Shown: positions 30,436 through 40,948 of the stretch, piece by piece
Layout of the letters: each line of letters starts with the position of its first letter
How positions within the stretch are numbered: position 1 is the stretch's first letter
DNA from: Alphaproteobacteria bacterium
Lineage (GTDB): Bacteria; Pseudomonadota; Alphaproteobacteria; UBA828
NCBI GenBank assembly: GCA_965214705.1
Contig: OZ243972.1
Coordinates: forward strand, 3,808,001-3,872,000
DNA: 64,000 nucleotides
Direction of reading: 5' to 3'
The notes under the pieces: model-generated
What the model was told of the DNA's origin: nothing
What the model saw: only the letters and a program-made list of their open reading frames with translations
The model's database searches: none
Program-made: the position numbers and the translations under genes

Positions 30436-31668
30436 TCAGACGCCGCCGCCGTCACGCCAGAGGCGAGGCCAGTTGAGGCCGAGGAGGAAGGCGGCGACCA
30501 ATCCTTCCGCCGCAACGATGCGCACGGCATTGGCGCCGCCGAACAGCTCGCCCATGAGGCCGATATTGGTGAAGCCGATCACGCCTGCGCCGATGGTGAG
30601 CGAGAGGATGCCGAGCAGCCGGCCACGCATCTCTGGCGGCGCGATCCCATAAATCAAGACGGTCTGCATGGTGGAGAAGCCGGCCGCGCCGAGGCCCACG
30701 AAGAAGATCACGATTGCCATTGGTGCGACGTCCGTCATCCAGCTCGCGACGAAGGCGAGCGCGGAGTAACTCGCCGTGCCGAAGAAGTAGAGGCGCCGAT
30801 ACGCCCCCGGCCGCACGCCGAGGGCGGCGATCAAGAGTGCACCGGCAAAGGCACCGCCGCCTTCCAGCGCGGCAAGGCCACCGATGGCGGCAGCATTCAG
30901 GCCGAGGTTCTCCGTGCCGATGACCGGGATCATCGAGACGAAGGGGAAGCCCCAGATGTTAAAGATCACCGTGACATAGAGGATGCGGCGGACCTCGGGC
31001 TCCTGCGCGAGAAAGCGAAAACCCTCACGAAAATCGCCCAGCAGCCTCGCGGAGCGCTGCCCGACACTGGAAGCAGCGAAGGCCTTGGGCACGCCCGGCG
31101 TCAGGATCAGGCAAAGCGCATAGAGTGCTGCCGCCAGGCCAAAGGCGCCGCCGAGGCCCAGCCACTGATAGAGCAGCCCGCCGAACAACGGACCAATGAG
31201 CCGCATGGCGTTGCTGGTGGCACTGTCGAGGCTCATGCCGGCGGCGATCCGCTCCGCCCCGGCAGCATCGCCGATCATCCGCCGCCTGACCGGCATGTCC
31301 GTGGTCCAGACGACTCCGGAGAGGAAGGTCGCCAGTGCAATGTGCCAATAGGCGGCGACGCCCGAGAGCGCGAGGGCGAGAACGGCGAGCGAGACCAGCG
31401 CCGCTAGCCCGAGCGAGCTATAGAGCAGAATTCGCGGGGCCAGGCGATCGGCGAAGGTGCCGACAATGGGGCCGAACACGGCGAGCGGCAGCATCCGCAG
31501 GATGACGAGAAGCGCCACCAGCACCGGCGCCCCCGTCGTCTCGACGGCGAAGACGCCGACCACCAGCAGCTCCAGCCAGCGGGAGCCCATGCTGAGGAGA
31601 CCGATGAGCCAAAGGCGCAAATAAAGGCGGTCGCCCAGAAGCTCGGTCAACCGGCGCGGCAGGATCAT
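30436..31668 (-). CDS. MFS transporter
   Basis: GTFADRL loop motif, RLIGPLFGG, MRGRLLG; about 12 hydrophobic segments; start ATG 31668. Confidence 0.85.
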   Translation of the reverse strand: MILPRRLTELLGDRLYLRLWLIGLLSMGSRWLELLVVGVFAVETTGAPVLVALLVILRMLPLAVFGPIVGTFADRLAPRILLYSSLGLAALVSLAVLALALSGVAAYWHIALATFLSGVVWTTDMPVRRRMIGDAAGAERIAAGMSLDSATSNAMRLIGPLFGGLLYQWLGLGGAFGLAAALYALCLILTPGVPKAFAASSVGQRSARLLGDFREGFRFLAQEPEVRRILYVTVIFNIWGFPFVSMIPVIGTENLGLNAAAIGGLAALEGGGAFAGALLIAALGVRPGAYRRLYFFGTASYSALAFVASWMTDVAPMAIVIFFVGLGAAGFSTMQTVLIYGIAPPEMRGRLLGILSLTIGAGVIGFTNIGLMGELFGGANAVRIVAAEGLVAAFLLGLNWPRLWRDGGGV

Positions 31669-31845
31669 CGATGGCGCCTCGCGTTGGGCGGCAGGGTTGA
31701 GGGGACAGAGGTCAGTCGTTGGCCCGGTCGGGCGATGGGACGTGCGGCTCCGAAGGCGCCGGCACCACACCACTATGACACGAACCGGCGCGGATTGGGG
31801 GACGGCGGTCTGCCCGGTGCGATTGTGCGTGAGTCTCGGCGTCAC

Positions 31846-31872
31846 GGCATTGATTGCATTGCTATCAATGCC
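31846..31872. promoter_or_regulatory. Inverted repeat operator upstream of FitA-like antitoxin
   Basis: GGCATTGATTGCATTGCTATCAATGCC; contains TGCTATCA, the half-site known for Neisseria FitAB. Confidence 0.7.
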
Positions 31873-31908
31873 TACATTTCATGAACTGAGAGGGATGGAG
31901 GCGGCGCA

Positions 31909-32151
31909 ATGGCCAGCATTACGATCCGCAACCTCGACGATGGTGTGAAGACACGGCTGCGAATTCGGGCGGCCGAGCACGGACGTTCGATGGAGGAAGA
32001 GGCGCGGGTTATCCTGCGGGATGCAGTCGGGGCGGAGGCCGGAGCGGACAACCTCGCCAGTGCCATCCGCGCGCGCTTCGCCCCGTTCGGCGGGGTGGAG
32101 CTTGATCTCCCGCCGCGCCAGCCCATTCGCGAGCCGCCCAGCTTCGATTGA
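31909..32151 (+). CDS. FitA/StbC-like ribbon-helix-helix antitoxin
   Basis: MASITIRNLDD.VK.RLRIRAA.HGRSMEEEAR.IL. Confidence 0.9.
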   Translation: MASITIRNLDDGVKTRLRIRAAEHGRSMEEEARVILRDAVGAEAGADNLASAIRARFAPFGGVELDLPPRQPIREPPSFD

Positions 32152-32160
32152 CGGCTGTCG

Positions 32161-32583
32161 ATGTTCGTGTTGGACACCAATGTCGTCTCCGAATTGATGC
32201 GCCCGGTGCCCGAGCCTGCTGTCCAGGCGTGGGTGGCGGTGCGCCGGGTGGGGGACATGTATTTCTCGGCCGTCAGCGAAGCGGAGCTCCGTTACGGGGT
32301 TGCGATCCTGCCTAAAGGCCGACGACGGGACGCGCTCGCCGAAGCGGTCGATGGGTTGGTGCGAGAGGACTTCGCCGGTCGAATACTGTCGTTCGACAGC
32401 CCGGCGGCGCAGGCCTACGCGGAGATTGCCGCGGCGCGCCGTGCTGCCGGACAACCGGTTTGTCAGGCCGATTGCCAGATTGCGGCGATCGTGCAGGCGC
32501 GCGGCTTCGCGGTAGCCACGCGCAACGTGCGCGATTTCGCTGGTATGGGTATCGAGGTCGTCGACCCATGGGCGGGTGTGTGA
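32161..32583 (+). CDS. vapC: VapC/FitB PIN-domain toxin
   Basis: LDTNVVSE, AELRYG, DCQIAA, ATRNVRDF, VDPW. Confidence 0.92.
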   Translation: MFVLDTNVVSELMRPVPEPAVQAWVAVRRVGDMYFSAVSEAELRYGVAILPKGRRRDALAEAVDGLVREDFAGRILSFDSPAAQAYAEIAAARRAAGQPVCQADCQIAAIVQARGFAVATRNVRDFAGMGIEVVDPWAGV

Positions 32584-32678
32584 ACATAGTCACCGCGGTG
32601 CTTACCTCTGGTTGCCTCCCCGTGACGCATGGTGAATTGTCCCCGCGACAGGACCGCCGGACGCACAAAGGGGGCCGC

Positions 32679-33767
32679 GTGCCGACAATCGAAAAGCTGG
32701 AAGTCGACCTGTTCCGCCTGCCGCTGCCGGTAGCGATGGGGGCCGCGGCGGCGGGCGTGATGACCGCCTTCGACATGGTCACGGCGCGGATCACGGACAG
32801 CGACGGCGTCACCGGCGTGGGTTACACCGTAGCGCACCAGGGGCAGGGCGGCCCCATCGCGGCGCTGTGCGACGGGTCTTTCCGGTCGAGCGTCGAGGGC
32901 CGCGACCCAGACCTGATCGAGACGATCTGGCGGGACATCTACAAGCGCCACCACTATGCCGGCCGGGGCGGGCCCGTGGCCTTTGCCATGGCGGCGGTGG
33001 ATGTCGCGCTCTGGGACCTGAAGGGCAACCGGCTCGGCACGCCGCTCTGGCGGCTGCTCGGCGGCGCCAATCCCTTGGTTAAGGCCTACGCCGGCAACAT
33101 CGACCTGAACTTCCCCATGGACCGGCTGCTGGAAGGCGGCATGGCGAGCGTCGAGCAGGGCTTCCGGTCAGTCAAGATGCGGCTCGGCCGCCCGACCCTC
33201 GCCGAGGATATCGCCCGCGTCGACGCCATGCGCAACCATCTGCCCGACGAGATCGAGCTGATGGCGGACGCGAACGAGGCCTGGCGGATGGATCAGGCGG
33301 TCCGCGCCATGACCCTGCTGCGACCCTTCGACCTGGTCTGGCTTGAAGAACCCATCGCGCCCGACAACACCGCCGGCTACGCCCATCTGCGCTCGCTCGG
33401 TACGGTGCCGCTGGCGGTGGGCGAGAACCACCACACGCTCGCGGAGTTTGCGGCGCTGATCGGAGCCGGCGGCGTCGATTTTCCGGAGCCCGACCTCACC
33501 ACCTGCGGCGGCATCACGCCCTTCATGAAGATCGCGCATCTCGCCGAGGCACACGGCCTGCCGGTGACGAGCCACGGCGCGCACGACCTGCACATCCACG
33601 TGCTGGCCGCGGCCCCGAACGCGGCCTATCTGGAGTGGCATGCCTTCGGCCTTGAGAAATTCATGGAGGATCCGCTGACCGTGGAGGACGGCTATGCCCG
33701 CGCGCCGGACCGGCCTGGCCACGGCATCGCATTCGACTGGCAGGCTCTCGCCGCCCACCGGCCATAG
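32679..33767 (+). CDS. Mandelate racemase/muconate lactonizing enzyme (enolase superfamily)
   Basis: AVDVALWDLKG, KMR, DANE, EEP, GEN metal ligands; GTG start 32679. Confidence 0.9.
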   Translation: MPTIEKLEVDLFRLPLPVAMGAAAAGVMTAFDMVTARITDSDGVTGVGYTVAHQGQGGPIAALCDGSFRSSVEGRDPDLIETIWRDIYKRHHYAGRGGPVAFAMAAVDVALWDLKGNRLGTPLWRLLGGANPLVKAYAGNIDLNFPMDRLLEGGMASVEQGFRSVKMRLGRPTLAEDIARVDAMRNHLPDEIELMADANEAWRMDQAVRAMTLLRPFDLVWLEEPIAPDNTAGYAHLRSLGTVPLAVGENHHTLAEFAALIGAGGVDFPEPDLTTCGGITPFMKIAHLAEAHGLPVTSHGAHDLHIHVLAAAPNAAYLEWHAFGLEKFMEDPLTVEDGYARAPDRPGHGIAFDWQALAAHRP

Positions 33768-33862
33768 CGCGCCTAACGCCTTGAGCCGGTCGGCCTCATC
33801 CCGGACTATCCCAGCATATCCAGGATTGGACCGTCATTCGGACGAGGAGAGGGAGGTGCGCG

Positions 33863-34579
33863 ATGGGCGAGAGCGAGAGGGGCAACGTCAAGGAGGGGTG
33901 GAGCGCCTGGTGGAGCTTCGCGCGCATTCCCGAGTTCCCGGTCGAGGCGGAGAAGACCGCGCTCATCGTGATCGATATGACCTATCAGCAGGCCCACCGG
34001 GACTACGGCCTCTGCAAGCGGATCATCGAGGCGGGCCTGGAGGACGACCTTGCCTACTACCTCGATCGGATCGACCGCGTGGTTGTACCGAACCTGGTGG
34101 AGCTCATCGCGGCGTTCCGTGAGGTGAGCGCGCCGGTGATCTACACGCGCTGCGCCTCGCTGGTGGGCGACGGTTCGGACCAGACCTGGCGTCACCGCCA
34201 CTTCGGCGTGGTCACGACCGTCGACTCCAAGGATGCGCAGATTCTCGAACTGCTCGCGCCACAAGAAGGCGACATCATGCTGACCAAGTCGGGCTCGGCG
34301 GTCTTCCCCTCGACCAACTGCGAGCATCTGCTGCGCGTGAAGGGGATCACCACCATCGTGGTGAGCGGCATCTTCACCAACAGCTGCGTGGAGGGGACGA
34401 TCCGGCTCGCGGGCGATCTCGATTTCCGCTGCCTGATGCCAGAGGACTCCTGTGCCGCCATGTCGCCGAGCGGACACGCTAACGCGGTCGAGTATCTCGA
34501 CGGCAACTTCTGCCACGTGAAGCCGACGGCGGAGATCATCCGCCTGCTGGGCGCGGGAGCCGGCGCGGCCGCAGCCTAG
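33863..34579 (+). CDS. Isochorismatase-like cysteine hydrolase
   Basis: ALIVIDM, LTK, TNSCVEGT (D-K-C triad). Confidence 0.87.
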   Translation: MGESERGNVKEGWSAWWSFARIPEFPVEAEKTALIVIDMTYQQAHRDYGLCKRIIEAGLEDDLAYYLDRIDRVVVPNLVELIAAFREVSAPVIYTRCASLVGDGSDQTWRHRHFGVVTTVDSKDAQILELLAPQEGDIMLTKSGSAVFPSTNCEHLLRVKGITTIVVSGIFTNSCVEGTIRLAGDLDFRCLMPEDSCAAMSPSGHANAVEYLDGNFCHVKPTAEIIRLLGAGAGAAAA

Positions 34580-34581
34580 CG

Positions 34582-35754
34582 TCACTCCGCCTGCCGGATG
34601 ACGCCGCCCTGGGCGAGCGCCGCGCAGGCAGCCTCGTCGTAGCCGATCTCTCGCAGGATCGCGGTGCTGTGCTGGCCGAGGGCGGGCACGGCTGTTTCGA
34701 TCCGGCCCGGCTCCTCCTGGAACTTGATCGGGATGCCGAGATGGGAAGCGCCGTCGCCGTCCCGCTCGACCATGTTGCGCGCGGCGAGGTGGGGATCGTC
34801 GAAGGCCTCCTTGAGGTCGAGGACCGGCGCGAAGCAGATGTCGCGGCCGGCGAACCACTCGACCCACTCGGCCTGGGTCCGCGTGGCGAAGGTCTCTTCG
34901 AGGAAGGCGTGGAGCGGCGCCTGGGCGGGGCCTGCCGGCTCGCGGCCGAGGGGGATCAGGTCGGGGCGGCCTACACCCTCCAGGAAGTTGACGACGAACT
35001 TCATCTCGCCGCCGCCCAGGGTGATGTAGCGGCCGTCCCTGGTGCGGTAGGGACGGTAAAACGCGGCGCCGCCCTGCGTGCGCTCGGCTGAGGGGGCAGG
35101 CGCGCGGCCGTCCGCGAACACACGGCCCGCCACGTGCGAAGTCCAGGACACCACCGTGTCGAACATGGCGAGGTCGAGGTAATCGCCCCGCCCGGTGGTC
35201 TGGCGGCGCAGCAGGGCCATGAGAATGCCGGCGAGCGCCATGAGCGAGCCCCCCATGTCGGAGGGCGGCAAGCAGGCCATGGCCGGCTTGCCGTCGCCAT
35301 CGACGCTGAGGCTGGCGACGCCGGCGAGCGCGTTGACGCTGAGGTCGTGGGCCGGGCGGTCGCGGTAGGGCCCGGACTGGCCGAAGGCGGAGATGGAGGC
35401 GTAGATCACCTGTGGCGCGCGTGCGCGCACGACCTCGTAGCCGATCCCCAGGCGATCGACCACACCAGGGCGGAAGGTCTCGAGCACCACGTCGGCGGTC
35501 TCCGCAAGGCGCATGAACGCTTCGCGCCCGGCTTCGCTCTTGAGATCGACCGCGAGGCTTCGTTTGCCCCGGTTCGCGTTGCGGAAATAGACCGTGTGGC
35601 CGGCCTGCACCGGCCCGATGGCGCGCGCGGGATCACCGCTCTTCGGGTCCTCGACCTTGATCACGTCGGCGCCATGGTCGGCCATCATCATCGCGAGATG
35701 TGGGCCGGGCAGGAACCGGGAGAGGTCCAGCACCCTGATCCCTTCGAGCTTCAT
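34582..35754 (-). CDS. CaiB/BaiF family (class III) CoA transferase
   Basis: LEGIRVLDLS...GP, GADVIKVE, NRGKRS, FRPGV..RLG, ISAFGQSGP. Confidence 0.92.
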   Translation of the reverse strand: MKLEGIRVLDLSRFLPGPHLAMMMADHGADVIKVEDPKSGDPARAIGPVQAGHTVYFRNANRGKRSLAVDLKSEAGREAFMRLAETADVVLETFRPGVVDRLGIGYEVVRARAPQVIYASISAFGQSGPYRDRPAHDLSVNALAGVASLSVDGDGKPAMACLPPSDMGGSLMALAGILMALLRRQTTGRGDYLDLAMFDTVVSWTSHVAGRVFADGRAPAPSAERTQGGAAFYRPYRTRDGRYITLGGGEMKFVVNFLEGVGRPDLIPLGREPAGPAQAPLHAFLEETFATRTQAEWVEWFAGRDICFAPVLDLKEAFDDPHLAARNMVERDGDGASHLGIPIKFQEEPGRIETAVPALGQHSTAILREIGYDEAACAALAQGGVIRQAE

Positions 35755-35939
35755 CGGTCGCCTCCATGCGCGGATTCGCTCTCGGTTGGCGCCGACATAC
35801 CCCGTGATCGCCGCGCGCGCCATGGCGCGCAAGCCCGAGCCCAACTGCTCGCGGCGAGGTGAGGGGATGTCATTGGCCGGGCGCGGAGCGTGTCGCTAAG
35901 GTCAGTCTCGATCGCGCACCGAGTCGCCCAGAGGACGCC

Positions 35940-37346
35940 GTGCAAGGACTCGCGGAATCGCTCGCCGTCTATTTCGAGCGGCGGATGGCCCGCATCCTCC
36001 TCCTCGGGATCATCAGCGGTTTCCCGTGGGTGCTCATCGGCAGCAGCCTCACCCTTTGGCTCACCGAAGACGGGCTCAGCCGCAGCACCATCGGTTGGGC
36101 CGGCCTGATCTTCGGCGTCTACGCGTTCAACTTCCTCTGGGCCCCGCTGATCGACCGCGTCCGGCTGCCGTGGCTCTCGCAACGGCTCGGCCAGCGGCGG
36201 GCGTGGATCCTGGTCCTGCAGGCGGCGGTACTGGTGTGCCTCGTGCTGTGGAGCGCGCTGGACCCGTCCGAAAACCTAGGGTCCGTCATCGCCATCGGCC
36301 TCGCCATCGCGGTGGCGTCCGCGACCCAGGACATCGCCATCGATGCGCTCAGAATCGAGCAGATCGGCAAAGAGGAAGGCGAGGCGATGGCCGCTGGCGC
36401 GGCGGTCGCGGTGGTCGGCTGGTGGAGCGGCTTCAAGCTCGGCGGCATCGTCGCCCTGGAAACCGCCGAAGCCTTCCAGACTGCAGGCATCGAGAACTAC
36501 TGGCAGGTCACGTTCCTCGTGCTCGGGATCGTGGTCGTCCTCTGCAACGTGGGCCTCCTGTTCGTGAGAGAGGCCGCAGCGGTGGCGCGCATGGCCGCCC
36601 AGGCAGAAGACGAGGAGCGGATCGCCGCGCGCCTGCGCGTGTCCGGCCCGCTCGGGCGCATCGCGGCGTGGCTGGGGGGCACGGTCTTCAGTCCACTCAT
36701 GCGCTTCTTCGAGAGGAACGGAGTGGCGATCGCCGCTGCGGTTCTGGGCTTCGTCTTTCTGTTCAAGATCGGCGAAGCCTTCATGGGGCGCATGTCGCTG
36801 GTCTTCTACACGGAGATCGGCTTCACCAAGTCGGACATCGCACTCTACTCAAAGGGCCTCGGCTGGATTGTTACCGTCGGGTTCACGCTGCTGGGCGGTC
36901 TCGTTGCGGTCCGCATCGGACTCATACGAGCCATGTTCGCATCCGGGATCGCCATGGCGCTCACCAATCTCATGTTTGCGCTGCTGGCCTGGTCCGGGAA
37001 GTCGGAGGTGCTGTTCGCGGCCGCGGTGGTGATGGACGACCTCACGAGCGCGTTCGCGACGGTCACCTTCGTCGCCTTCATCTCGATGCTTGTGGACCGG
37101 ACCTATACGGCCACTCAATACGCCCTGCTGGCCTCGCTCGGTACGGCGGGCCGGACGCTGCTCGCCGCGTCATCCGGTGAGCTGGTGGACTGGCTCGAGG
37201 GGGACTGGGGCACCTTCTTCGTCATCACGACGCTGATGGTGATCCCTTCGTTGGTGTGCCTCTGGGCGATCCGCGCGAAGCTGCGCGAGCTGCTGGCCGG
37301 TGCGCGGGTGCGGCTCATGGGGAAGGCCGCGGAGGAGGCACCCTAG
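35940..37346 (+). CDS. AmpG family MFS permease
   Basis: SGFPW, FLWAPLID, SATQDIAIDA.RIE, FKIGEA, TATQYAL; GTG 35940 after GAGGA. Confidence 0.87.
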   Translation: MQGLAESLAVYFERRMARILLLGIISGFPWVLIGSSLTLWLTEDGLSRSTIGWAGLIFGVYAFNFLWAPLIDRVRLPWLSQRLGQRRAWILVLQAAVLVCLVLWSALDPSENLGSVIAIGLAIAVASATQDIAIDALRIEQIGKEEGEAMAAGAAVAVVGWWSGFKLGGIVALETAEAFQTAGIENYWQVTFLVLGIVVVLCNVGLLFVREAAAVARMAAQAEDEERIAARLRVSGPLGRIAAWLGGTVFSPLMRFFERNGVAIAAAVLGFVFLFKIGEAFMGRMSLVFYTEIGFTKSDIALYSKGLGWIVTVGFTLLGGLVAVRIGLIRAMFASGIAMALTNLMFALLAWSGKSEVLFAAAVVMDDLTSAFATVTFVAFISMLVDRTYTATQYALLASLGTAGRTLLAASSGELVDWLEGDWGTFFVITTLMVIPSLVCLWAIRAKLRELLAGARVRLMGKAAEEAP

Positions 37347-37378
37347 CCCCGCATCACTCACCGCAGGCAGGCGCTACA

Positions 37379-38410
37379 TCAGCGGCGCAGGTATGAACGG
37401 AGCCCAGACAGAGGGCTCGTGTCGCGCTCATGATCCTGCGTTCCGCGCCGTTGGCCGGTGAAGAAATCGGCTGACATGGGTCCGAGGCTGATCAGCCCGC
37501 CGGGGAGGAAGCGCGTAACCAGCAGCAGGATCAGCGCGTAGCCCACGGTTTGGTATGCGGACGCCTCGCGCAGCAGCTCGAAGCCGCCGATCAGCAGGAC
37601 GGTTCCCAAAATCGGGCCGAGCGCGGTGCTGGTGCCGCCGATCACCACGTAAGCGACCGCGTAGATGGAGTCCCAAAGCGAGAACGCATCGGGATGGGCC
37701 AGGATCAGATAGTGCGCGTAGAAGCTGCCTGTGATCCCGGCAAAGAAGCAGGCGATGACGAAGGCGATGAGCTTGTAGATCGCGCTATCGACGCCGACGC
37801 TCCGCGCCAGGATCTCGCTTTGGCGAACCGCGCGCAGAACGGCGCCCATGGGCGAGCGGTCGATCCAATAGGCGATTCCGACGGCGGCAAGCCCGAGCAG
37901 CCAGACGAGATAGTAATAGGACGTCTTGTCCGTGAACGCGATCGTGCCGCCGCCGAAGGGCAGCGTTATCGGGTCGGGCGGCCGGATGTCGACCATGACC
38001 CCCATGCCCATGCTGCCGCCGGTGAAGTCGGGGGTCACCAGGATGATCTGGCGGATCACGATGTTGAGCACCAGCGTCACCATGGCGAAGTAGGCGCCGG
38101 TCAGGCGCAGTGCCGGAAAGCCGAAGAGCGCCGCAGCTACCGCCGCGATCAGCCCGGCCACGGGCATCGCCGCCCAGAACGACCAGCCCAGATGGCCGGC
38201 GAGCATGGCCGATGCGTAAGAGCCGATGGTCATGAACGCCGCCTGACCAAAGGTCCACTGGCCGATGATCAGGACCAGCCGAACTCCCAGCGAGACGATC
38301 GTGAACACCCCGATGGTGATGAAGACATGCAGGTAATAGGGGTGCTGCGTGATGACCGGGATCAACCCGGTCAGCACGACCAGTGCGGCGATCGCACCAA
38401 GTTTAAGCAC
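37379..38410 (-). CDS. Branched-chain amino acid ABC permease (LivM-like)
   Basis: GQAAF, LRLTGAYFAMVTL, TGGSMG, VVIGG...GPILG. Confidence 0.88.
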   Translation of the reverse strand: MLKLGAIAALVVLTGLIPVITQHPYYLHVFITIGVFTIVSLGVRLVLIIGQWTFGQAAFMTIGSYASAMLAGHLGWSFWAAMPVAGLIAAVAAALFGFPALRLTGAYFAMVTLVLNIVIRQIILVTPDFTGGSMGMGVMVDIRPPDPITLPFGGGTIAFTDKTSYYYLVWLLGLAAVGIAYWIDRSPMGAVLRAVRQSEILARSVGVDSAIYKLIAFVIACFFAGITGSFYAHYLILAHPDAFSLWDSIYAVAYVVIGGTSTALGPILGTVLLIGGFELLREASAYQTVGYALILLLVTRFLPGGLISLGPMSADFFTGQRRGTQDHERDTSPLSGLRSYLRR

Positions 38411-39263
38411 GGCCCAGCAACCCGCGCGGCCGGAAGATCAGGATCAGCATCACCGCGCTGAATGCGGCGAGCGACGAATATCCGCCAAAGAAGGTGGTGC
38501 CGAAGCTCTCCAACGCGCCGAAGGCGAGAGAGCCCACCACGGCACCTGGGATGCTGCCGAGGCCGCCCAAGATCACCACCATGAAGGCCTTGATGACGAC
38601 GGGGCCGCCCACGGCAGGCGTCAGCACCTGGATCGGCAGCAGGAGGCCCGCCGCTGCCGCCGCCAACGCGCTACCGATAAACATGCCGAGCGCGCTGATC
38701 CAGTCGACGTTGATGCCTTGCAGCATCGCCGCCTCCCGATCCTGCGCGACGGCGCGCATCGCTTGCCCTTCCTTGCTGCGCCAGACGAACAGGAAGAGGA
38801 GCGCGATGAGGGGCGCCGCGACGCCCAGGATCATCAGCCGCTCGCTGGGGATGACGATGGTGTCAAAAAACCAGACGGCGCCGTCCACCGGACTGCGAAA
38901 ACGCTTGTCGCGCTCACCGAACGCGAGCAGCGCGCTGCCTTCGATGAGGAGGAGAATTCCGAGCGTGACAATCATGCTCGGCAGGTCCTGCCCGCGCAGC
39001 GGGCGCAAAAATATGCGGTCGAGCACCATGCCGAGCATACCCACGGCGATGGCGGCGATGAAGAGCGCGGCGAAATAGTTCACGCCCAGTTCGGTCGCCA
39101 GATAGAACACGCAGAAGGCGCCCAGCATGTAGAGGTGGCCGTGGGCGAACTGGATCACCCGCATGATGCTGAAGACCAGGCTAAGCCCGACGGCAATCAG
39201 TGCATAGGTGGCGCCCAGCATGAGCGCGTTGACCGCGACCTGACCGTAGAGCATGGCCGTCAC
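38403..39263 (-). CDS. Branched-chain amino acid ABC permease (LivH-like)
   Basis: YALIAVGLSL, FAHG, ILGGLGS, RPRGLLG. Confidence 0.9.
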   Translation of the reverse strand: MTAMLYGQVAVNALMLGATYALIAVGLSLVFSIMRVIQFAHGHLYMLGAFCVFYLATELGVNYFAALFIAAIAVGMLGMVLDRIFLRPLRGQDLPSMIVTLGILLLIEGSALLAFGERDKRFRSPVDGAVWFFDTIVIPSERLMILGVAAPLIALLFLFVWRSKEGQAMRAVAQDREAAMLQGINVDWISALGMFIGSALAAAAAGLLLPIQVLTPAVGGPVVIKAFMVVILGGLGSIPGAVVGSLAFGALESFGTTFFGGYSSLAAFSAVMLILIFRPRGLLGRA

Positions 39264-39323
39264 GGGCGGACGCCTTTCGGTTGCGCGACCCTGGCGCCGG
39301 CGGCTGTGGGCCAGCCTCGCCGC

Positions 39324-40094
39324 TCAGGCCGGCGCCTGTTCGATTCCATGAATGTCCTCGTCGGCGCCGAGATAGGCGTCGATGACGCGCGGATCGTTCT
39401 GAATACGCTGCGGCGGCCCCTCGGCGATCAGCTTGCCGAAATCGAGGACCGCGATGCGGTCGCAGCAGCGCATGACGGCGCGCATGTTGTGCTCGACCAG
39501 CATGACGGTCGTGTCCCGGGCACGAATCCGCTCGATAGTGGAGACCATCGCCTCCGTCTCGCCCGCGTCCATGCCGGTCAGCGGCTCGTCGAGCAGAAGC
39601 AGCGACGGGGCGGCGGCCAGCGCGAGCGCGATACCGAGCGCCCGGCGGTGGCCGTGCGGCAGGTTTTCGGCGCGCTCATCGGTGAGGTCGCTCAGGTCCA
39701 CGAGCTCGATGATCTCGTGCACGGACATCCTCTCCGCTGCCTCGCGGCCACTCATGCGCCGGAAGCTGAGGCCGCTGTGCGCACGTGCGCTCACCAGGAC
39801 GTTCTCGAGCACCGTCATTTCCATGAACAGCTCGGTCTGCTGGAAGGTACGCACCAGGCCGTGCCGTGCGATGCGGTGCAGGGACCAGTGCGTGATGTCG
39901 GTGCCGTCGTAGATGATGCGTCCGGCACTCGCCGGCAGGACCCCGCTGATGACGTTGAAGAGCGTGGTCTTGCCGGCTCCGTTGGGCCCGATCAGGCCGA
40001 GAATCTCGCCCGGCTCAACCGTGAGATCGACTCCGCCGAGCGCCGCAAGGCCGCCGAAGTTCTTGCCGATTCCCGTGAGCTCGAGGAGTGCCAT
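39324..40094 (-). CDS. ABC ATPase (LivG-like)
   Basis: GPNGAGKTT, RTFQ, LLLDEP, V..AYLG. Confidence 0.9.
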   Translation of the reverse strand: MALLELTGIGKNFGGLAALGGVDLTVEPGEILGLIGPNGAGKTTLFNVISGVLPASAGRIIYDGTDITHWSLHRIARHGLVRTFQQTELFMEMTVLENVLVSARAHSGLSFRRMSGREAAERMSVHEIIELVDLSDLTDERAENLPHGHRRALGIALALAAAPSLLLLDEPLTGMDAGETEAMVSTIERIRARDTTVMLVEHNMRAVMRCCDRIAVLDFGKLIAEGPPQRIQNDPRVIDAYLGADEDIHGIEQAPA

Positions 40095-40121
40095 GGCTTG
40101 CGCGCCGGCGCGTGCGGAACG

Positions 40122-40850
40122 CTAACCCAGGTACACGCGCTTGACTTCCTCGTTCTGGGCCAGCGCGTCGGTCGCGCCGGTGATCACCACTTGCCCGGTT
40201 TCGAGGACGTAAGCGTGCTGAGCGATACGGAAGGCCATGCGCGCGTTCTGTTCGATGAGCAGGATACCGACGCGCCAGCGCCGCGTGATCGCGGCGATGA
40301 CCTGGGCGATCTCCTGAACCATCCGGGGGGCGAGGCCGATCGAAGGCTCATCCAGCAGGAGAAGGCGCGGACGGGCCATGAGCGCCCGCCCGATGGCAAG
40401 CATCTGCTGCTCACCGCCGCTGAGGCTGCCCGCGCGCTGGCGGGAACGTTCCTTGAGCCGCGGAAAGTGCTCGTAGGTAAGGGCGAGGTCGTCGTCGAAT
40501 GCGGAATCCCTGAGCATCAACTTGCCGCTGCGCAGTCTGCGGTAGGCGCCCATCCGCAAATTCTCGAACACGGTCATGTCCGGGAAGACGCGGCGCCCCT
40601 CCGGTACGTGCGCGATTCCCAAGCCAACGATCTTGTGGGCGGGCACGCGGTCGATGCGCTTGCCGTCGAACAGGATTTCGCCAGCGCTGGCCCGCTTGAG
40701 GCCCGAGATCGTGCGCACAAGGGTGGACTTGCCGGCCCCATTGGGCCCGACCAGCGCGACGAGGCTCCCCTCGGAGACGGCGAGGGTCACTCCCTTGAGC
40801 GCGGGCGCCCGCCCATGATGAACCCACAGGTCCTTGACCTCGAGCAGCAT
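40122..40850 (-). CDS. ABC ATPase (LivF-like)
   Basis: GPNGAGKST, VPEGRRVF, LSGGEQQM, DEPSIGLAP. Confidence 0.9.
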   Translation of the reverse strand: MLLEVKDLWVHHGRAPALKGVTLAVSEGSLVALVGPNGAGKSTLVRTISGLKRASAGEILFDGKRIDRVPAHKIVGLGIAHVPEGRRVFPDMTVFENLRMGAYRRLRSGKLMLRDSAFDDDLALTYEHFPRLKERSRQRAGSLSGGEQQMLAIGRALMARPRLLLLDEPSIGLAPRMVQEIAQVIAAITRRWRVGILLIEQNARMAFRIAQHAYVLETGQVVITGATDALAQNEEVKRVYLG

Positions 40851-40948
40851 GACCGACGGCACCCGTCTCGGGAACTGGCGGGCGTGGGCCGGCCGGGGGC
40901 GAACGCCTTACCCGCCCCCGTACCGGCCTGCCCTCATACGACTGCGGC

